Shown: one piece after another, positions 1 to 11,640 of the stretch
How the letters are laid out: each line of letters opens with the position of its first letter
Position numbering within the stretch: the stretch's first letter is position 1
Assembly (NCBI GenBank): GCA_000091205.1
Contig: AP006492.2
From: Cyanidioschyzon merolae
Taxonomy: Eukaryota
Reading direction: 5' to 3' (one strand)
DNA: 64,000 nt
The notes under the pieces: generated by a model
What the model was told of the DNA's origin: nothing
Databases searched by the model: none
Seen by the model: only the letters and a program-made list of their open reading frames with translations
Position numbers and translations under genes: made by a program

Positions 1-983
1 GCTAGAATTTGATCGAACTCTTCAACCGACTGAACCTCTTTCACCATGCTGTCAAACGTCTGCCTATGAGAAAAAACGCTCTGGAAGAATTGTAGACATG
101 GTGCGCGCGCGCGTGTGGCGACGCTGTCGCCGCTGTTGTGGCCTGTGCATGAGGCGGCGAGGCGCGGCAGCAGCGCTGGCGACTCGGGCGGCGACATGCT
201 GCTGCTGCTGCTGCTGCTGCTGCGCGCGCGCGCGCCCGGCGCTGGACGCGTCGCACTCGCGTCGATGCAGGTGCGCTGCGCTATACAGAGGTTGGCGCGC
301 TGCGAGGCTTCAGCAGCAGGGCGTTACGACTGCCAGCGTGCGAGGCCAGCCACGATATCCATGAGATAAAACGCTTGCGTCAAGTGTTGAACAAGTCGCA
401 AGACGCCTGGGCGAACATAGTTCGTCTTCATTGTCAATTCCGTATCCTCAGCATACGCTCCTTCCCAGTAAATGACGTTCTCTGTTGCGATCCGCGGAGC
501 GTTCCGCAGCGCAGCACTGAATCCATGAGACATATGCTACGAATATATCCTAGGAATAAACGCTGGTATTCGTACGACCCACTTTTCACTTGATCCTGCA
601 ATACCATAGCACAGCATCCAGCTGTAACGCATCCAGCATCTTTCCAGCCTGTCCGAGCACACGCACGACTGGATCCGTGGGGAGAGCGCGCCTCGGATCA
701 GCGCGCCGCTGCATCTGACGAGCGCCGTGCCCGCCCGGAGAGCGCACGACCTCGAAGCACAGGTCGCAGCGCAATGATCGACCTTCGCATCGATGTGCAC
801 CTATGCACATCCAAGCCGCTTCCAGTGCAAGCGCCGCGACCTGTGCTATTCTCAGGTATCATTGATCAAGCGTGCAGAGCAGACGCGTGAGCGCCTTGGC
901 GCAGCAGCAAGTCGCCCAGCGCCTCGCTGCAGGATGATGCGTGCTGGTGCGTGCTGGTGCGTCGCCACGCGCGCACACCCCGA

Positions 984-1129
984 GCGCCGCCAGAGAGATT
1001 GCCTCGATGACGCAGATGCCGAGCGCGCTGGACGTTATCGCTGGACGATCAACGAAGCGCCGCCAGAGAGATTGCCTCGATGACGCAGATGCCGAGCGCG
1101 CTGGACGTTATCGCTGGACGATCAACGAG
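984..1129. repeat. 73-bp direct tandem duplication, two copies (gcgccgccagagagattgcctcgatgacgcagatgccgagcgcgctggacgttatcgctggacgatcaacga...)
   Basis: The unit beginning gcgccgccagagag occurs at 984 and again at 1057, virtually identical. Read directly from the sequence. Confidence 0.7.
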
Positions 1130-1145
1130 TTGGAAGCAGGAGTAA

Positions 1146-1808
1146 ATGGCTTTTGTTCCGAACTTGTGGGTCCATCGACGTTCTGCAAGGACCCGAGCGC
1201 CAAAGCGAGCTCTCTGTTTACGTGCATCTTCCGTTGAAGAGCGCCCAGCTGCGACGCCGACGCTGCTGCTGGCTTTGCTCGCGGGGAACCGGCTCGGTGC
1301 TTCGTACCGGGCGTCGCGTCGCATCGCAATTCAAAACATTGCTGGACTTTTGGAGTCTACAGCTCTAGAAAAGCGTGAAGGCATTCGTTTTCCTCGCGAC
1401 CTTGGACGTCTCGAAGGTGTTTGGCGACTGTGTTACACCTCCGGCCGTTTGCCAGTGGGTTGCGTCAACAGCTACCAGGTTATCCGCGGCGCTTCGCGAC
1501 AGCTTGCGAACATTGTCGACCTGGCGCTGCCTCTGGCACCGCCGCGGACGGTTTTTCGTCTGTGCATCGAACACACCTTCGACGTTGTGGGTGAACACCG
1601 CATCCGTCTGCGCCAGACTGCCGTGCGGACGGGGATCACCGGTGAGGACGCCGCACCTGACGTGCACTGGCTGCGCTTCCCGCCCGTGCCCATACCCGGC
1701 GTCATGGCCGAGCCCGTTGGATACCTCGATACCATCTACACGGATGAGGATGGTTTGCGAATCAGTCGCGGTGACGGTGGTGAACTTCGTATTTTTGTGA
1801 AGGTGTAG
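1146..1808 (+). CDS. PAP/fibrillin-domain protein (plastid lipid-associated protein family), probably with an N-terminal transit peptide
   Basis: The 220-aa ORF has the family signature GVWRLCYTS toward the N-terminus and the characteristic C-terminus GYLDTIYTDEDGLRISRGDGGELRIFV (compare GWLDTTYLD.DLRI.RGD.G..FVL). Assignment is from memory of PF04755 conservation. Confidence 0.6.
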   Translation: MAFVPNLWVHRRSARTRAPKRALCLRASSVEERPAATPTLLLALLAGNRLGASYRASRRIAIQNIAGLLESTALEKREGIRFPRDLGRLEGVWRLCYTSGRLPVGCVNSYQVIRGASRQLANIVDLALPLAPPRTVFRLCIEHTFDVVGEHRIRLRQTAVRTGITGEDAAPDVHWLRFPPVPIPGVMAEPVGYLDTIYTDEDGLRISRGDGGELRIFVKV

Positions 1809-2659
1809 TTCTGGGTGCTACGTGTGAATGGGGGCCAGCGTTCGCGTCTCACCGTGTCGACGCCCGGATTCGAGCAACACGAAAGCGAGATCATGCACAG
1901 AGGCGTTCGTGAAAGCGCAGCAGATAGGTATCCGCTCGAGACGGCGCTTCCGGCTGGTGCGTCGCTCCGAAAGCGTCCAGACACACGCCTGAAGTGCGTC
2001 GCACAAAGCGTTCCTGTCAAGCGCGACCTCGTTTCCGGGTAGAGCCATGCATCCGGACAGACGCCTACGATGAGCTCGCAAAGGCTGCCTGCGCTCCCGA
2101 GTGCACTGGGCAGCGCCCGGTTCCCTGCTGGCTCTGACGCTGTTCGACAGAGAGGACACGCCGTGGGATGCGGTGACGTCGCTGTTCCTGTTGTCGTCGT
2201 CGTCGTCGGATGGCGTCGCTGGCATATTTACAGCCCGTTTGGGTCGGCAGCGCTTCGTCAGGAGCGGTTGCGTCCACTGGAATTCGTGCTTGTATGGCGA
2301 GTCAAGCACTCGCATAGCACGACGAGCCTGCGCGAGCCAGCGACCATGACCACGAGCCCGAAATCTGGTGCAGGGGATCCACACTCGCCGTCCCAAGGAT
2401 ATCCCGGTGCTCGTGAACGCAGCATCTCGAACAGGGCGGCGATCCACGTATGTGCTGACGGACTGGTTGCGCTCGAGCGTCGCACCAGACTTGCGGGCGA
2501 TGTGCGCGGCACCCATACCGCCTTCTAGCCGTGGGTATCTGAGCACGCGAGCACGCTTTGGGAAAACGCAAGCGAACCGTTTAGCGGGCCTGGCTGGGCG
2601 TCGAATCGCCATTCACGGGATCCTGTGAAACGTCACAAGTCATGACGTTACCGTTACCC

Positions 2660-4453
2660 TTAGTACGAGCGAGCGAAAATCGCCATGTGCGTCGCCGGGC
2701 GGCCGCTGTAGAAGCATTTCTTCCCGCGTGCTTCATCCTGAGAATCGAGCGGATAGCAGCGTATCGTCATCTTACAGTCCTGTTTGATAATGGCTTCATT
2801 GGTGGCGTCATCGTGCCACGGGACCAGAAAGAAGCCCGTTATATGCTGCTCGTCGTTGCTCTCGTTTCCATACGCTGCTGCATCTTGGTTTGAAGGCGTA
2901 AGGAAGCGTTTCATTTCGTCGTAGCTTTCTACCCGACGCGTGTGCTCCCGCAGAAATCCCTTTGCATTGTTGAATAGCCGCTCTTGGAATGCATCTAAAC
3001 GCGCGATGACGGATTTCGTCCAATGGTTATCAAAAGCGAGTTTCTCTTTCGAACGAAGACAACGGTCAACCAGCACGATCTGTTCCGCTTGCAGATCTCT
3101 CATGCCTACTTCAATACGCAGAGGTACCCCGCGACGTTCCCATTCAAAGTATTTCGCACCGGGGCGTATATGATCCCGTGCATCGACGTGGACGCGGACA
3201 CCAGCGCGTTCCAGTGCATCCTGCATTTCCTGGCAGCGTTGGCGAACGAGGCTCTGCTCCGTGGCGTCCTTGGACTGGATGGGAACAATCACCACTTGAA
3301 CAGGGGCCACTCGTGGCGGCAACACTAGACCATGGTCATCGCTATGGGTCATGATGAGCGCCCCGATGACACGCGTGGAAAGCCCCCAGGATGTGGCCCA
3401 GACGAGCTCGCGAACACCAGAATCGGCGCTCTGGTACTCGACATCGAAAGCGCGGGCAAAATTCTGCCCCAGAAAGTGAGACGTCCCCGACTGCAACGCC
3501 CATCCGTTCTGCATGATCGCCTCGAGGGTGAAGGTTTCCTCGGCACCTGCAAACCTTTCCGAGGAACTCTTTGTGCCGACGATCACCGGGATCGCTAACC
3601 ATTCCTCGAGAAACTTCTGGTACACGGTGAGCATTTCACGAGCCTTTGCTTCCGCCTCAGCGCTGGTAGCATGCGCTGTGTGCCCCTCCTGCCAGAAGAA
3701 CTCTAGGGTTCGGAGGAAAGGGCGCGTTCGCAATTCCCAGCGCACGACATTGCACCACTGGTTCACCATGAGCGGCAGGTCTCGGTACGACTGGATCCAC
3801 CTTCCGAACATGTGCCAGACGATCGTCTCGCTCGTCGGTCGCACGACAAGCGGCTCTTCGAGTCGAGCCTGCGGGTCTGGTTCGAGTGCTCCCGGAGCGC
3901 CGTCGGGCGCTGCTCGCAGTCGATGATGCGTCACCACAGCACACTCCTTTGCGAAGCCCTGAACATGCTCGGCCTCGCGACATAGGAACGACTGGGGAAT
4001 CAAAAGCGGAAAACTAACGTTTTGAGCTCCTGTTTGTCGAATTCTCCGATCCAGCTCCTCGCGAATAAGCTCCCAAATCGCCCAGCCGTGTGGTCGGAAC
4101 ACTAGGGACCCCTTGACCGGCGAGCTATCTGCTAGCTGCGCGGCTGCAATCACGTCCAAGTACCACTGAGCGTAGCTTACGGCCCGTGGGGTAATAGAGC
4201 CCTGCTCAGAGGAGCGAGCAGGCGGCTGCCCGGCGGCGATGACCCCCGGTTGCCTTCGTGACGCCGACGCGTATACCCGCCCCGCGTGCGCACTCCGAAA
4301 CCTGTAGCTGGGTGCAGGTCTCCCGCAAGCACGCCGCTCGTGGATAGCGCGACCACCTGAGCAAGCGAAGCGTCGCTTCAGACACCAGTTTACGGACGGC
4401 GAAGTGAATGCCACGCGATCCACGCTTTCCATTCGCAGCCTCAGGCGAAGCAT
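2660..4453 (-). CDS. Prolyl-tRNA synthetase (class II, eukaryotic/archaeal type), ~60-aa N-terminal extension
   Basis: The 597-aa single ORF contains RPTSETIVWHMFGRWIQSYRDLPL, FLRTLEFFWQEGHTAH and the ProRS C-terminal anticodon-binding/Zn region ending ...HMAIFARSY. Confidence 0.9.
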   Translation of the reverse strand: MLRLRLRMESVDRVAFTSPSVNWCLKRRFACSGGRAIHERRACGRPAPSYRFRSAHAGRVYASASRRQPGVIAAGQPPARSSEQGSITPRAVSYAQWYLDVIAAAQLADSSPVKGSLVFRPHGWAIWELIREELDRRIRQTGAQNVSFPLLIPQSFLCREAEHVQGFAKECAVVTHHRLRAAPDGAPGALEPDPQARLEEPLVVRPTSETIVWHMFGRWIQSYRDLPLMVNQWCNVVRWELRTRPFLRTLEFFWQEGHTAHATSAEAEAKAREMLTVYQKFLEEWLAIPVIVGTKSSSERFAGAEETFTLEAIMQNGWALQSGTSHFLGQNFARAFDVEYQSADSGVRELVWATSWGLSTRVIGALIMTHSDDHGLVLPPRVAPVQVVIVPIQSKDATEQSLVRQRCQEMQDALERAGVRVHVDARDHIRPGAKYFEWERRGVPLRIEVGMRDLQAEQIVLVDRCLRSKEKLAFDNHWTKSVIARLDAFQERLFNNAKGFLREHTRRVESYDEMKRFLTPSNQDAAAYGNESNDEQHITGFFLVPWHDDATNEAIIKQDCKMTIRCYPLDSQDEARGKKCFYSGRPATHMAIFARSY

Positions 4454-4676
4454 CAGCGAAAACGCAGAAAACTGGTGTGTGCTGCTCGCCCGGGTGTAGC
4501 GTTCGCTGCCAGCGGCAGTGCGCTGCGGCCTCGACGATGTCGCCTGGGCGCGCGCGCGCGCCTCCTCCCCAGATCAAGACTCAGAGGCGGCGCTTCCGGG
4601 GATGCAACTCGTGCAGGGATTCTCTCGACAACGAGACGTGTCGTTTGTTCGAGTCTCACTCGGTTATTGGCGAGGA

Positions 4677-6533
4677 ATGGTACAGCACGGACGACCACTG
4701 AAGCAAGTTCAATCACCACCGCCGCCTGACTATGTCATTGCCCAGTCAGTGGAGCCGCAGCCGATTCTCGAGGTGGCCAAAGCCGCCGGACTCGCTCCTA
4801 GTGAACTGGACCTCTATGGTCAATTCAAGGCAAAAGTTCGGTTGAACGTGCTTGAGCGGCTACGAGACGCGCCAACTGGTAGACTCGTCGTCGTGACAGG
4901 CATAACGCCGACCTCGCTGGGTGAGGGCAAGTCGACCACCACGGTGGGTCTATCGCAGGCGCTGGGAGCGCACCTGAACCAGCGGGTGTTTACGTGTTTA
5001 CGGCAACCTAGTCAGGGACCAACGTTTGGGATCAAAGGCGGTGCAGCTGGTGGCGGGTACGCCCAGGTCATACCCATGGAAGAGTTCAATCTGCACTTGA
5101 CCGGAGACTTGCATGCGATAACGGCAGCGAACAACCTGCTGGCGGCGGCGATCGATGCGCGCGTCTTCCACGAGTCTACCCAGTCGGACGAGGCACTTTA
5201 CCGACGACTGACAGCGAAAGGATTTTCCCCGATCATGTTAAAACGTTTACAGAAGCTTGGTATCGAGAAAACGGATCCAAAATCGCTGACGCCAGAGGAG
5301 CAGCGGCGCTTTGCGCGCCTCGATATCGACCCCGAGACAATCGCAATTCGGCGGGTACTCGATACAAACGATCGCTTTCTCCGCAGCGTTCGCATTGGTC
5401 TGGCACCCACCGAGCGTGGATACGAGCGACTCACCGGATTCGATATTACGGTTGCTAGTGAGATCATGGCGATTCTGGCACTTGCAACGTCACTGGCGGA
5501 CATGCGCGAACGCTTTGGGCGCATCGTCGTCGGGCACCAGCGCGGCACCGGTTTGCCGATCACCGCCGATGACCTCGGCATCACTGGTGCACTGACTGCG
5601 CTCATGAAGGACGCCATTATGCCGAACTTGATGCAGACGCTGGAAGCGACGCCGGTCTTTGTGCACGCTGGTCCATTCGCGAATATCGCACACGGCAATT
5701 CAAGCGTATTAGCAGACCAGATCGCATTGAAGCTCGTCGGAGCGGATGGATACGTGATCACTGAGGCTGGATTCGGTGCGGATATCGGTTTCGAGAAGTT
5801 TATGCATATCAAGTATCGAGCGGCCGGGACGGCGCCCAGGGTTGCGGTTCTGGTGGTAACGCTGCGGGCGCTCGCGATGCATGGGGCTGGCGCTGGCGTA
5901 CGCGCCGGTGCCGAGTCCAACATGGTGCGTCACATCGAGAACATCCGCAAGTTCGGTGTGCGTTGCGTGGTCGCATTGAACCGTTTCAAGGATGACACCG
6001 ATGCAGAGCTGGCGACAGTGATAGACGTTGCTCGACGTGCGGGCGCCTGTGATGCTGTGGTTGCGTCGCATTTCGAGCACGGCGGCAAGGGTGCTGTTGC
6101 GCTCGCAGAGGCCGTGGTGCGGGCTTGCACGGCGAGCACAGACGCGCAGCACGACGTGCCGCGCCTCCTCTATTCCCTGGACATGCCCCTAGAAGAGAAA
6201 GTGCGCATCATTGCCTGCGAGGTGTATCGAGCGGCGCGGGTCGAATGGACTGCAGAAGCGCGTAGAAAGTTAGAAAAACTGGAACAGCTTGGGTACGAGA
6301 AGCTCCCGGTCTGTATGGCCAAGACGCAGTACTCGTTTTCGGATGATCCTGAGAAGAAAGGCGCACCAGAGGGTTTCGTACTTCCCATACGAGATATTCG
6401 CTTGAGCGCTGGTGCGGGATTCGTCTATCCGTTGGTTGGCGAGATCCAGACGATTCCCGGGCTGCCGACCAGGCCCGCGTTCTACGATATCGATGTAGAT
6501 GTGGAGACGGGGCAAATTCTGGGCCTTTCGTAG
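4677..6533 (+). CDS. Formate-tetrahydrofolate ligase (FTHFS, monofunctional C1-THF synthetase)
   Basis: Motifs [11 protein letters not shown]...[70 protein letters not shown] and the C-terminal YSFSDDP...GF..P..D are present. The start is chosen at Met 4677 (MVQHGRP...), 17 aa before the conserved N-terminus. The ORF is open from 4518, so the start could lie there, but that would leave only ~65 bp before the divergent ProRS start. Confidence 0.85.
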   Translation: MVQHGRPLKQVQSPPPPDYVIAQSVEPQPILEVAKAAGLAPSELDLYGQFKAKVRLNVLERLRDAPTGRLVVVTGITPTSLGEGKSTTTVGLSQALGAHLNQRVFTCLRQPSQGPTFGIKGGAAGGGYAQVIPMEEFNLHLTGDLHAITAANNLLAAAIDARVFHESTQSDEALYRRLTAKGFSPIMLKRLQKLGIEKTDPKSLTPEEQRRFARLDIDPETIAIRRVLDTNDRFLRSVRIGLAPTERGYERLTGFDITVASEIMAILALATSLADMRERFGRIVVGHQRGTGLPITADDLGITGALTALMKDAIMPNLMQTLEATPVFVHAGPFANIAHGNSSVLADQIALKLVGADGYVITEAGFGADIGFEKFMHIKYRAAGTAPRVAVLVVTLRALAMHGAGAGVRAGAESNMVRHIENIRKFGVRCVVALNRFKDDTDAELATVIDVARRAGACDAVVASHFEHGGKGAVALAEAVVRACTASTDAQHDVPRLLYSLDMPLEEKVRIIACEVYRAARVEWTAEARRKLEKLEQLGYEKLPVCMAKTQYSFSDDPEKKGAPEGFVLPIRDIRLSAGAGFVYPLVGEIQTIPGLPTRPAFYDIDVDVETGQILGLS

Positions 6534-7041
6534 AGTTTGCTCGCAGACGCTGTGTCCAGGCTGCAGCGATATGATTCGCGATGCGGACACGGCACTGCCC
6601 AGGAGCGGTTTTATGCGTCGAAGCGGATCGAGTCCGTTTGGGTGCCAGAAGCGCACGTCTCGGAACGACACCTGGAGCAGCAGACCGGCGTGCTCGCAGA
6701 CTCGCACCAGGGCCACTGTGAAGCCGTGTCGACGCGCTCGTTCGGCTCTGGACGAGCGCGCCCGAGCTGGAGCAGTTCATGAGCAGATCCAACCAGTCAG
6801 AGGGACTGGCTTGTGTTCCGAATCGCTATGCGAGCGGACACGGAAACGCATGGAGAAACAGGCGGTCCAGCGCATAACGAGCGAACTGCACTGAACCAAG
6901 ACGCATGTCAGGCGGAAGGTATCTAGGAAGGGAAACCCTATAAATGTACGTTGCGTTTACACGAAAACTTTGTACAAACACAAAAAAGACCTTACACTAT
7001 TCAGCGATCGCTCGCACGAGCGCTGCACCCCGGCGGGATGC

Positions 7042-7575
7042 TCACGCCTCGGTCACCTCAATATTCATTTTCTCGTCCTCGTCCTTCTTCAGCTTATTGA
7101 TGACGATGTTGAGCACCCCGTCCTTATGCGTGGCCTTGATGCTGTTACGGTCGACATTCTTCGGCAGCTTGAGCGAACGCTCGAACGCACCAAAGGCCCG
7201 CTCCGTACGCAGGTACACAACACGCCCGCCTTCGTCTTTCTCCTCAGCGCGATTCTCCTCGCGCTTCTCGCCGCGAATGGTCAAGAGGTCCCCGTGCAGC
7301 TCCACCTTCACCTGATCGCGAGGCACACCCGCGAGCTCCGCATTGATCTCGTACGCCTCGGGGGTCTCCTTGAAGTCCACCCGCGGCGTTATCATCGCCA
7401 TGACGTTCTGCGGCCTCGCGACCACACCGTTGGCCTTGGCCGGTTTCTGGTCATCGTACTGCTGTTGCTGTTGCTGTTGCTGAAGAGCAGCTTGACGACG
7501 CCGCGAGACGCGCGGGAACCCGAAAAACCAGTCGTCCATAAGGTCCTCAAACGGATCAAAGAAGTAGTAGCTCAT
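7042..7575 (-). CDS. Small heat-shock protein (Hsp20/alpha-crystallin domain), cytosolic type
   Basis: The alpha-crystallin domain reads VDFKETPEAYEINAELAGVPRDQVKVELHGDLLTIRGEK...ERAFGAFERSLKLPKNVDRNSIKATHKDGVLNIVI. The start is placed at MSYYFFDPFEDL. The ORF is open to 7680 but that extension is Arg-rich and atypical. A poly-Gln run is encoded by the CAA/CAG repeat at 7455-7495. Confidence 0.8.
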   Translation of the reverse strand: MSYYFFDPFEDLMDDWFFGFPRVSRRRQAALQQQQQQQQYDDQKPAKANGVVARPQNVMAMITPRVDFKETPEAYEINAELAGVPRDQVKVELHGDLLTIRGEKREENRAEEKDEGGRVVYLRTERAFGAFERSLKLPKNVDRNSIKATHKDGVLNIVINKLKKDEDEKMNIEVTEA

Positions 7576-7750
7576 GGCTCGCTCACGTTTGTTCGTATTG
7601 CTTCGCACCGTTTTTCCGCGCTTGTATCTCACTTGCCTGGTTTCGCACACTGGTCTGTGTTCACGATGGAGAAACACCAAAGCGTAACAAAGCCATGAAT
7701 CGACGATCAGGCGTGCTGCTCTTATAGCTTACGTGGCGGATTCGCAGCGA

Positions 7751-7805
7751 TTCGCGAGATTTCCCGAATCGCCGATCTCGCGCGAGATCCTCGGCGAAGA
7801 TTCGC
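7751..7805. promoter_or_regulatory. Heat-shock-element cluster in the shared promoter of the divergent sHSP pair
   Basis: A 4-unit HSE, TTCgcGAGatTTCccGAAtc, lies at 7751-7770 with one mismatch to alternating nTTCn/nGAAn. A 2-unit GAAgaTTC lies at 7796-7805. Both sit in the 345-bp gap between the two sHSP start codons. Confidence 0.4.
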
Positions 7806-7920
7806 GGCGCATCATCGAACGGATCGCAGATGCTGAAATACCGCGCGCAGCGAAATTTTTCCAACACTAGATTTCCATTTGTGTTCTAGCCGTGGAAACC
7901 TGTGAGAGAACCAGGGATTC

Positions 7921-8640
7921 ATGCAATACGTATTGCGCTCACTGCAAGGAAACCTGAAAATGTTGGGTCAAGCAAGTGCAAAGCTGAACTTTGTCGTGCC
8001 GTTCACTGGCTCGTCTGTTGTGCTGCGGCGTCCGTTGATGACCCCAGTGGGCGGGCGCTCGCCGTATGCACCAGCGCTCGCTCGCAGTGTTGCGAAGCGT
8101 TCGCTGAGCAGCGCACGAACGAGCCTCATGCAAGCGAATGCGAACAGTCGCGAACGTGATAACGAGCGGACGCTGGTTCGCGGACGACGGGACTGGGGCT
8201 GGCCGTTCAGCATCATGCGCCGCGATCCCTTCTTCATGTCGCCGCTGATGGACTTGGATCGTTTCTGGTCGGACTTTGACGCGCTCGCGCAGCGCAGTAA
8301 TGCGTACTTGCCGGCCCTGGATATCACGGAAACGAATGATGCGTTTGTGGTTAGTTGCGAGCTCGCCGGAGTACCCAGAGAGAATGTCAAGATCGCCCTC
8401 GATGGTGATATTCTTACTGTTCAGGGCGAGAAGAAATGGGAGCACGAGGAGAAGGACGCCAAGATGCATCGCATGGAACGCTCGTATGGTTCCTTCTCGC
8501 GGAGTGTGCGGCTGCCTACGGACGTCGTAGACGCAGAAAATATCAAGGCGCAGCACAAGGACGGCGTCCTGCGTATCACGATTCCGAAGAAAGTGAAGCA
8601 ACAAGAAAACGTGAAGGAGATTCCGATTGAGGTGTCGTGA
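7921..8640 (+). CDS. Small heat-shock protein (Hsp20/alpha-crystallin domain) with a long N-terminal extension (possibly organelle-targeted)
   Basis: The ORF contains LPALDITETNDAFVVSCELAGVPRENVKIALDGDILTVQGEK...ERSYGSFSRSVRLPTDVVDAENIKAQHKDGVLRITIPK. An alternative start is Met 7960. Confidence 0.75.
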   Translation: MQYVLRSLQGNLKMLGQASAKLNFVVPFTGSSVVLRRPLMTPVGGRSPYAPALARSVAKRSLSSARTSLMQANANSRERDNERTLVRGRRDWGWPFSIMRRDPFFMSPLMDLDRFWSDFDALAQRSNAYLPALDITETNDAFVVSCELAGVPRENVKIALDGDILTVQGEKKWEHEEKDAKMHRMERSYGSFSRSVRLPTDVVDAENIKAQHKDGVLRITIPKKVKQQENVKEIPIEVS

Positions 8641-9210
8641 TCCGCAGTGGCAGTCTCGCTAACGCATGAAACCGTGATGCGTAGGCGCTTTTAAGGGATG
8701 TACATAGGGGCTTTCGATTTCGTTGTAAAGAGTGACGAATGCGCAGTTCATGAGCATCTGCACCATTGTCCGGTACTGAACAAGTTTGCAAACGCGTCGT
8801 GACCGTTGAACGAATAGGTCGCTTCTGCTGGCGCGGATTCCCTGCGATCCGCAGAGTCGTCGTGCCGCAGCAGCTGCCGCGTGCGCGGCTCGACTGCCTG
8901 TCTGCGCTGTTGGCAACCGCTCGGTCTAGTCCGGTACGAGCGTCGTCTTCAGAGCCGGGAGCACGGCATCTCGACCGCAGCGTGTGCCGCTGTTTTCACG
9001 CATCCCGCGAACCTTCCCAAGACGATCGAGGCTGGTCTGGAGGCAAGGCCTTTGCGAAACGCCAGATCGGGATCCGCTCCAATGCTGAAGCCGACCCTCG
9101 CCCCGCTACCCGCGCCAGTGACCCCCCGGGCAAGCGGCAGTCAGCGAGGCAGCGCACTCCGCAGTGCGTTTTGCATACGGCACGCACGATGCCGAACCTG
9201 GTCGATTTCC

Positions 9211-10545
9211 TCAACTGAGTCGTATTTCGTAGTCGCTCGCTCTGGTGATGTAGCGGACCCAGGGGTAGGAGGTGTAGCCCTCGCGGCTCCAAACCTTCAG
9301 ATACCGCACTTGCATGCCACTGATCGTAAAATATGGAATCTCGAACTGGATCTGAATGGGTCTTCTCACCACTGAGTTTCTACTGGCAGCATTGGCAACC
9401 GAGGGCAAGCGAAAATAGCCTTGCAAGCTGTTCTCGCGTTGGCCAGGAAACTGTTTCATCCGCCAGTGCAGTGCATCCTTCTCGGGAGCGTACTTGACAC
9501 GACCCGAGCTCACCTGAAATTTTGGTGAATCAGCATCCTCCGGGACCGGTACCCAGATGGAAACGTCGTTCGCGGTGAGTCCCGCCTTGAAAAGCGAGCG
9601 AGCCCGAACCAAATAATCGATTCGATGGGAAGCCATATCCATTGCGGCATCCGCTGAGAAGAGCGGCCGCAGCGTCGGATTCGCCACCCGGTAACTCATG
9701 AGCTCGAACTCGCCATCCGGAGGAATGAAGGAGATGACGCGCTCCGTTTCAAACCTGGGTAATTTGACACATTGATGAAACTTGACATCTTCCAGCTCGA
9801 TGGCGCCGGTGTTCGGCGGCGTGGTGCCAGCGCTGCCGCTCGCACCGCTGCCGCGCTGCTCGATCTGGATGCTTTCGTTGAGCCCGAGGTTCAGCTCCGG
9901 CATTCCGGAAAGAAAGCATTTCACAACGATGCTGCCATGGATGCCTGCCCGCAAGACGTTACCTTGGGGTCCAATAACCATATTGACGGTCTCAATGACA
10001 TCGAGGAAGACCTCGTTCCGGTTATGATGGATGCCCTCAGAGCGCCAGCTCACCGCATTCGTCAACGCCATGGGTGGCTTGGGCTGTTCCATGACATGAT
10101 AGTCTTGGACGACGTATTCCTGGAGAATTTTCGGTTCAGTGGTCTGAGGGTAGCCAAAGTCCGCCATCTCATCGAGGAGCTCGTACACGATAACGAAGTT
10201 GTCGCGAATCGACTCTTCGACAACCTTGCCAAAGTACTCTCCAAAAACACGAATCATACTCGTTAAGAACGCGACGAGTGTCCCGCTGAAGCTGTACGGT
10301 GAAACGTCAACCGCGATAAAGTAGAGATCGTTGTGTTTCACTGTCGCAAAGTAGTATGCCCCGTTCTTCACGGGCACTAGCGGTGGGGTGCCCGCGGCGT
10401 CCCCGCTGCCGTTCGTCCACGCGTTGCGCTCGAGTCCGAGGCGGAAAGCCTCCGCTGCTTCCTGAAGGTCAACTTCGCCCCGAAAGTCGCGGGCTATTAG
10501 CAATCGACCTCGCGAGTCAAGAATTAGTACTGCAGTGACCGGCAT
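9211..10545 (-). CDS. AP-1 complex mu subunit (clathrin adaptor medium chain)
   Basis: The 444-aa protein begins MPVTAVLILDSRGRLLIARDFRGEVD. It is near-identical to mu1 adaptin in the blocks EESIRDNFVIVYELLDEMADFGYPQTTEPKILQEY, TNAVSWRSEGI..NEVFLDVIE, LEDVKFHQCVKLPRFETERVISFIPPDGEFELMSYR and FEIPYFTISGMQVRYLKV...PWVRYIT..DYEIR. Confidence 0.85.
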   Translation of the reverse strand: MPVTAVLILDSRGRLLIARDFRGEVDLQEAAEAFRLGLERNAWTNGSGDAAGTPPLVPVKNGAYYFATVKHNDLYFIAVDVSPYSFSGTLVAFLTSMIRVFGEYFGKVVEESIRDNFVIVYELLDEMADFGYPQTTEPKILQEYVVQDYHVMEQPKPPMALTNAVSWRSEGIHHNRNEVFLDVIETVNMVIGPQGNVLRAGIHGSIVVKCFLSGMPELNLGLNESIQIEQRGSGASGSAGTTPPNTGAIELEDVKFHQCVKLPRFETERVISFIPPDGEFELMSYRVANPTLRPLFSADAAMDMASHRIDYLVRARSLFKAGLTANDVSIWVPVPEDADSPKFQVSSGRVKYAPEKDALHWRMKQFPGQRENSLQGYFRLPSVANAASRNSVVRRPIQIQFEIPYFTISGMQVRYLKVWSREGYTSYPWVRYITRASDYEIRLS

Positions 10546-11640
10546 GATCGTCTTTGGAAACGGCCGTCGGTGACCTACAGTCACGTAGCCAGACACGGGT
10601 TCGCGTGCACACTGGTGGGTCACCGAAGCGCCAACGCGTTTCGATGCTGCTCGCGAGGTCCGAACCGAGCGACAGCGTGGACGCTGGAAATGCGATACGT
10701 GGTGCTAAAACAGATCACTTGGGTAACCTGCCTGACCCGGGTGACTTTGGAAGACACCCGCCCGCACGATCTGTCCCGAATAGCACAGACTAGCGTCACC
10801 GACTGGCTTCGTGAGGCGTCCGGCGCGCAGTTGCCGGCGCACCGCTCGTGCCTGGAGAAGCGCGCTGCTGGTGCGGGCACGCGTACCGGTCTGAGGGCTG
10901 CTGTCGAGGTGTTCCATATGGCCTGCTCGCGAGATGAGAGAAAAAATAATGAGGTGCGAAGCGAGCTCATGCGGGGCGAATCCTGCAACCCCGCGAAATC
11001 TGGCGGATAAGGGCACGTCATCCGTTCAGGACTGAGGTGCTTGTTTTGGAACGCTGACCTTTCTAGAGAGCGAGCTACACGAGTATTCACGAATTGCAGC
11101 GCGGGTGTTCGCTCATTCTTTTCCGACTCGGTCAATATCCATAGGAAACCTTTATAACTTTCCGTGTGCACTGGTATGAGAACGTTTAGGCTGCGTGCGC
11201 CTGCTGCGACGGAGTCACACGACATCGAGTCATAGACAACGGCCGCGCCCGAGTCTTTACGAGCAACCCGGTGTATGCGTGCTTGGATAGCGACTTTACT
11301 GTAAATGGCTGAGCACGGGCGTTGGTCCTTACCGCACGGCGACGCGCACGAACGCGTCAGCGTGAACGGTCTGAGCATCTGCTCGTGCACTAGCAAGGTT
11401 TGCGTACGGTAACTTGTAGAGCGTGCTAGGCATATGCTTGCCGCCACGTACGGCAACCGCTTTGCACGATGTAGCGCATGGAGAACGTATCGTGCCGAGG
11501 AAAGCGTGCCGTTGTTCATACACTGGGCGGTGGATCTCGTGGCAGGAACGAGCTTGGGTTCTCGTGCCATGCTATTCCTGGGGTTTTTACGAATGGGACG
11601 ACGGAAATTCGTCGGGTCGGTTTCTGGAAGCCGCAGGTGT

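Noticed and set aside
1818-2612. 264-aa minus-strand ORF between the fibrillin and ProRS genes
   Set aside because: Arg-rich low-complexity translation. It would start only 48 bp after the ProRS stop on the same strand. No motif. It is most likely a non-coding spacer.
5198-5923. 241-aa minus-strand ORF inside the FTHFS gene
   Set aside because: It is antisense to a strongly conserved CDS, and Ala/Ser/Arg-rich with no motif. This is a shadow ORF.
7576-7680. Upstream in-frame extension of the minus-strand sHSP ORF (MVFLHREHRPV...)
   Set aside because: It is Arg-rich and unlike sHSP N-termini. MSYYFFDPFEDL is a typical sHSP start, and the extension would leave too little promoter for the divergent partner.
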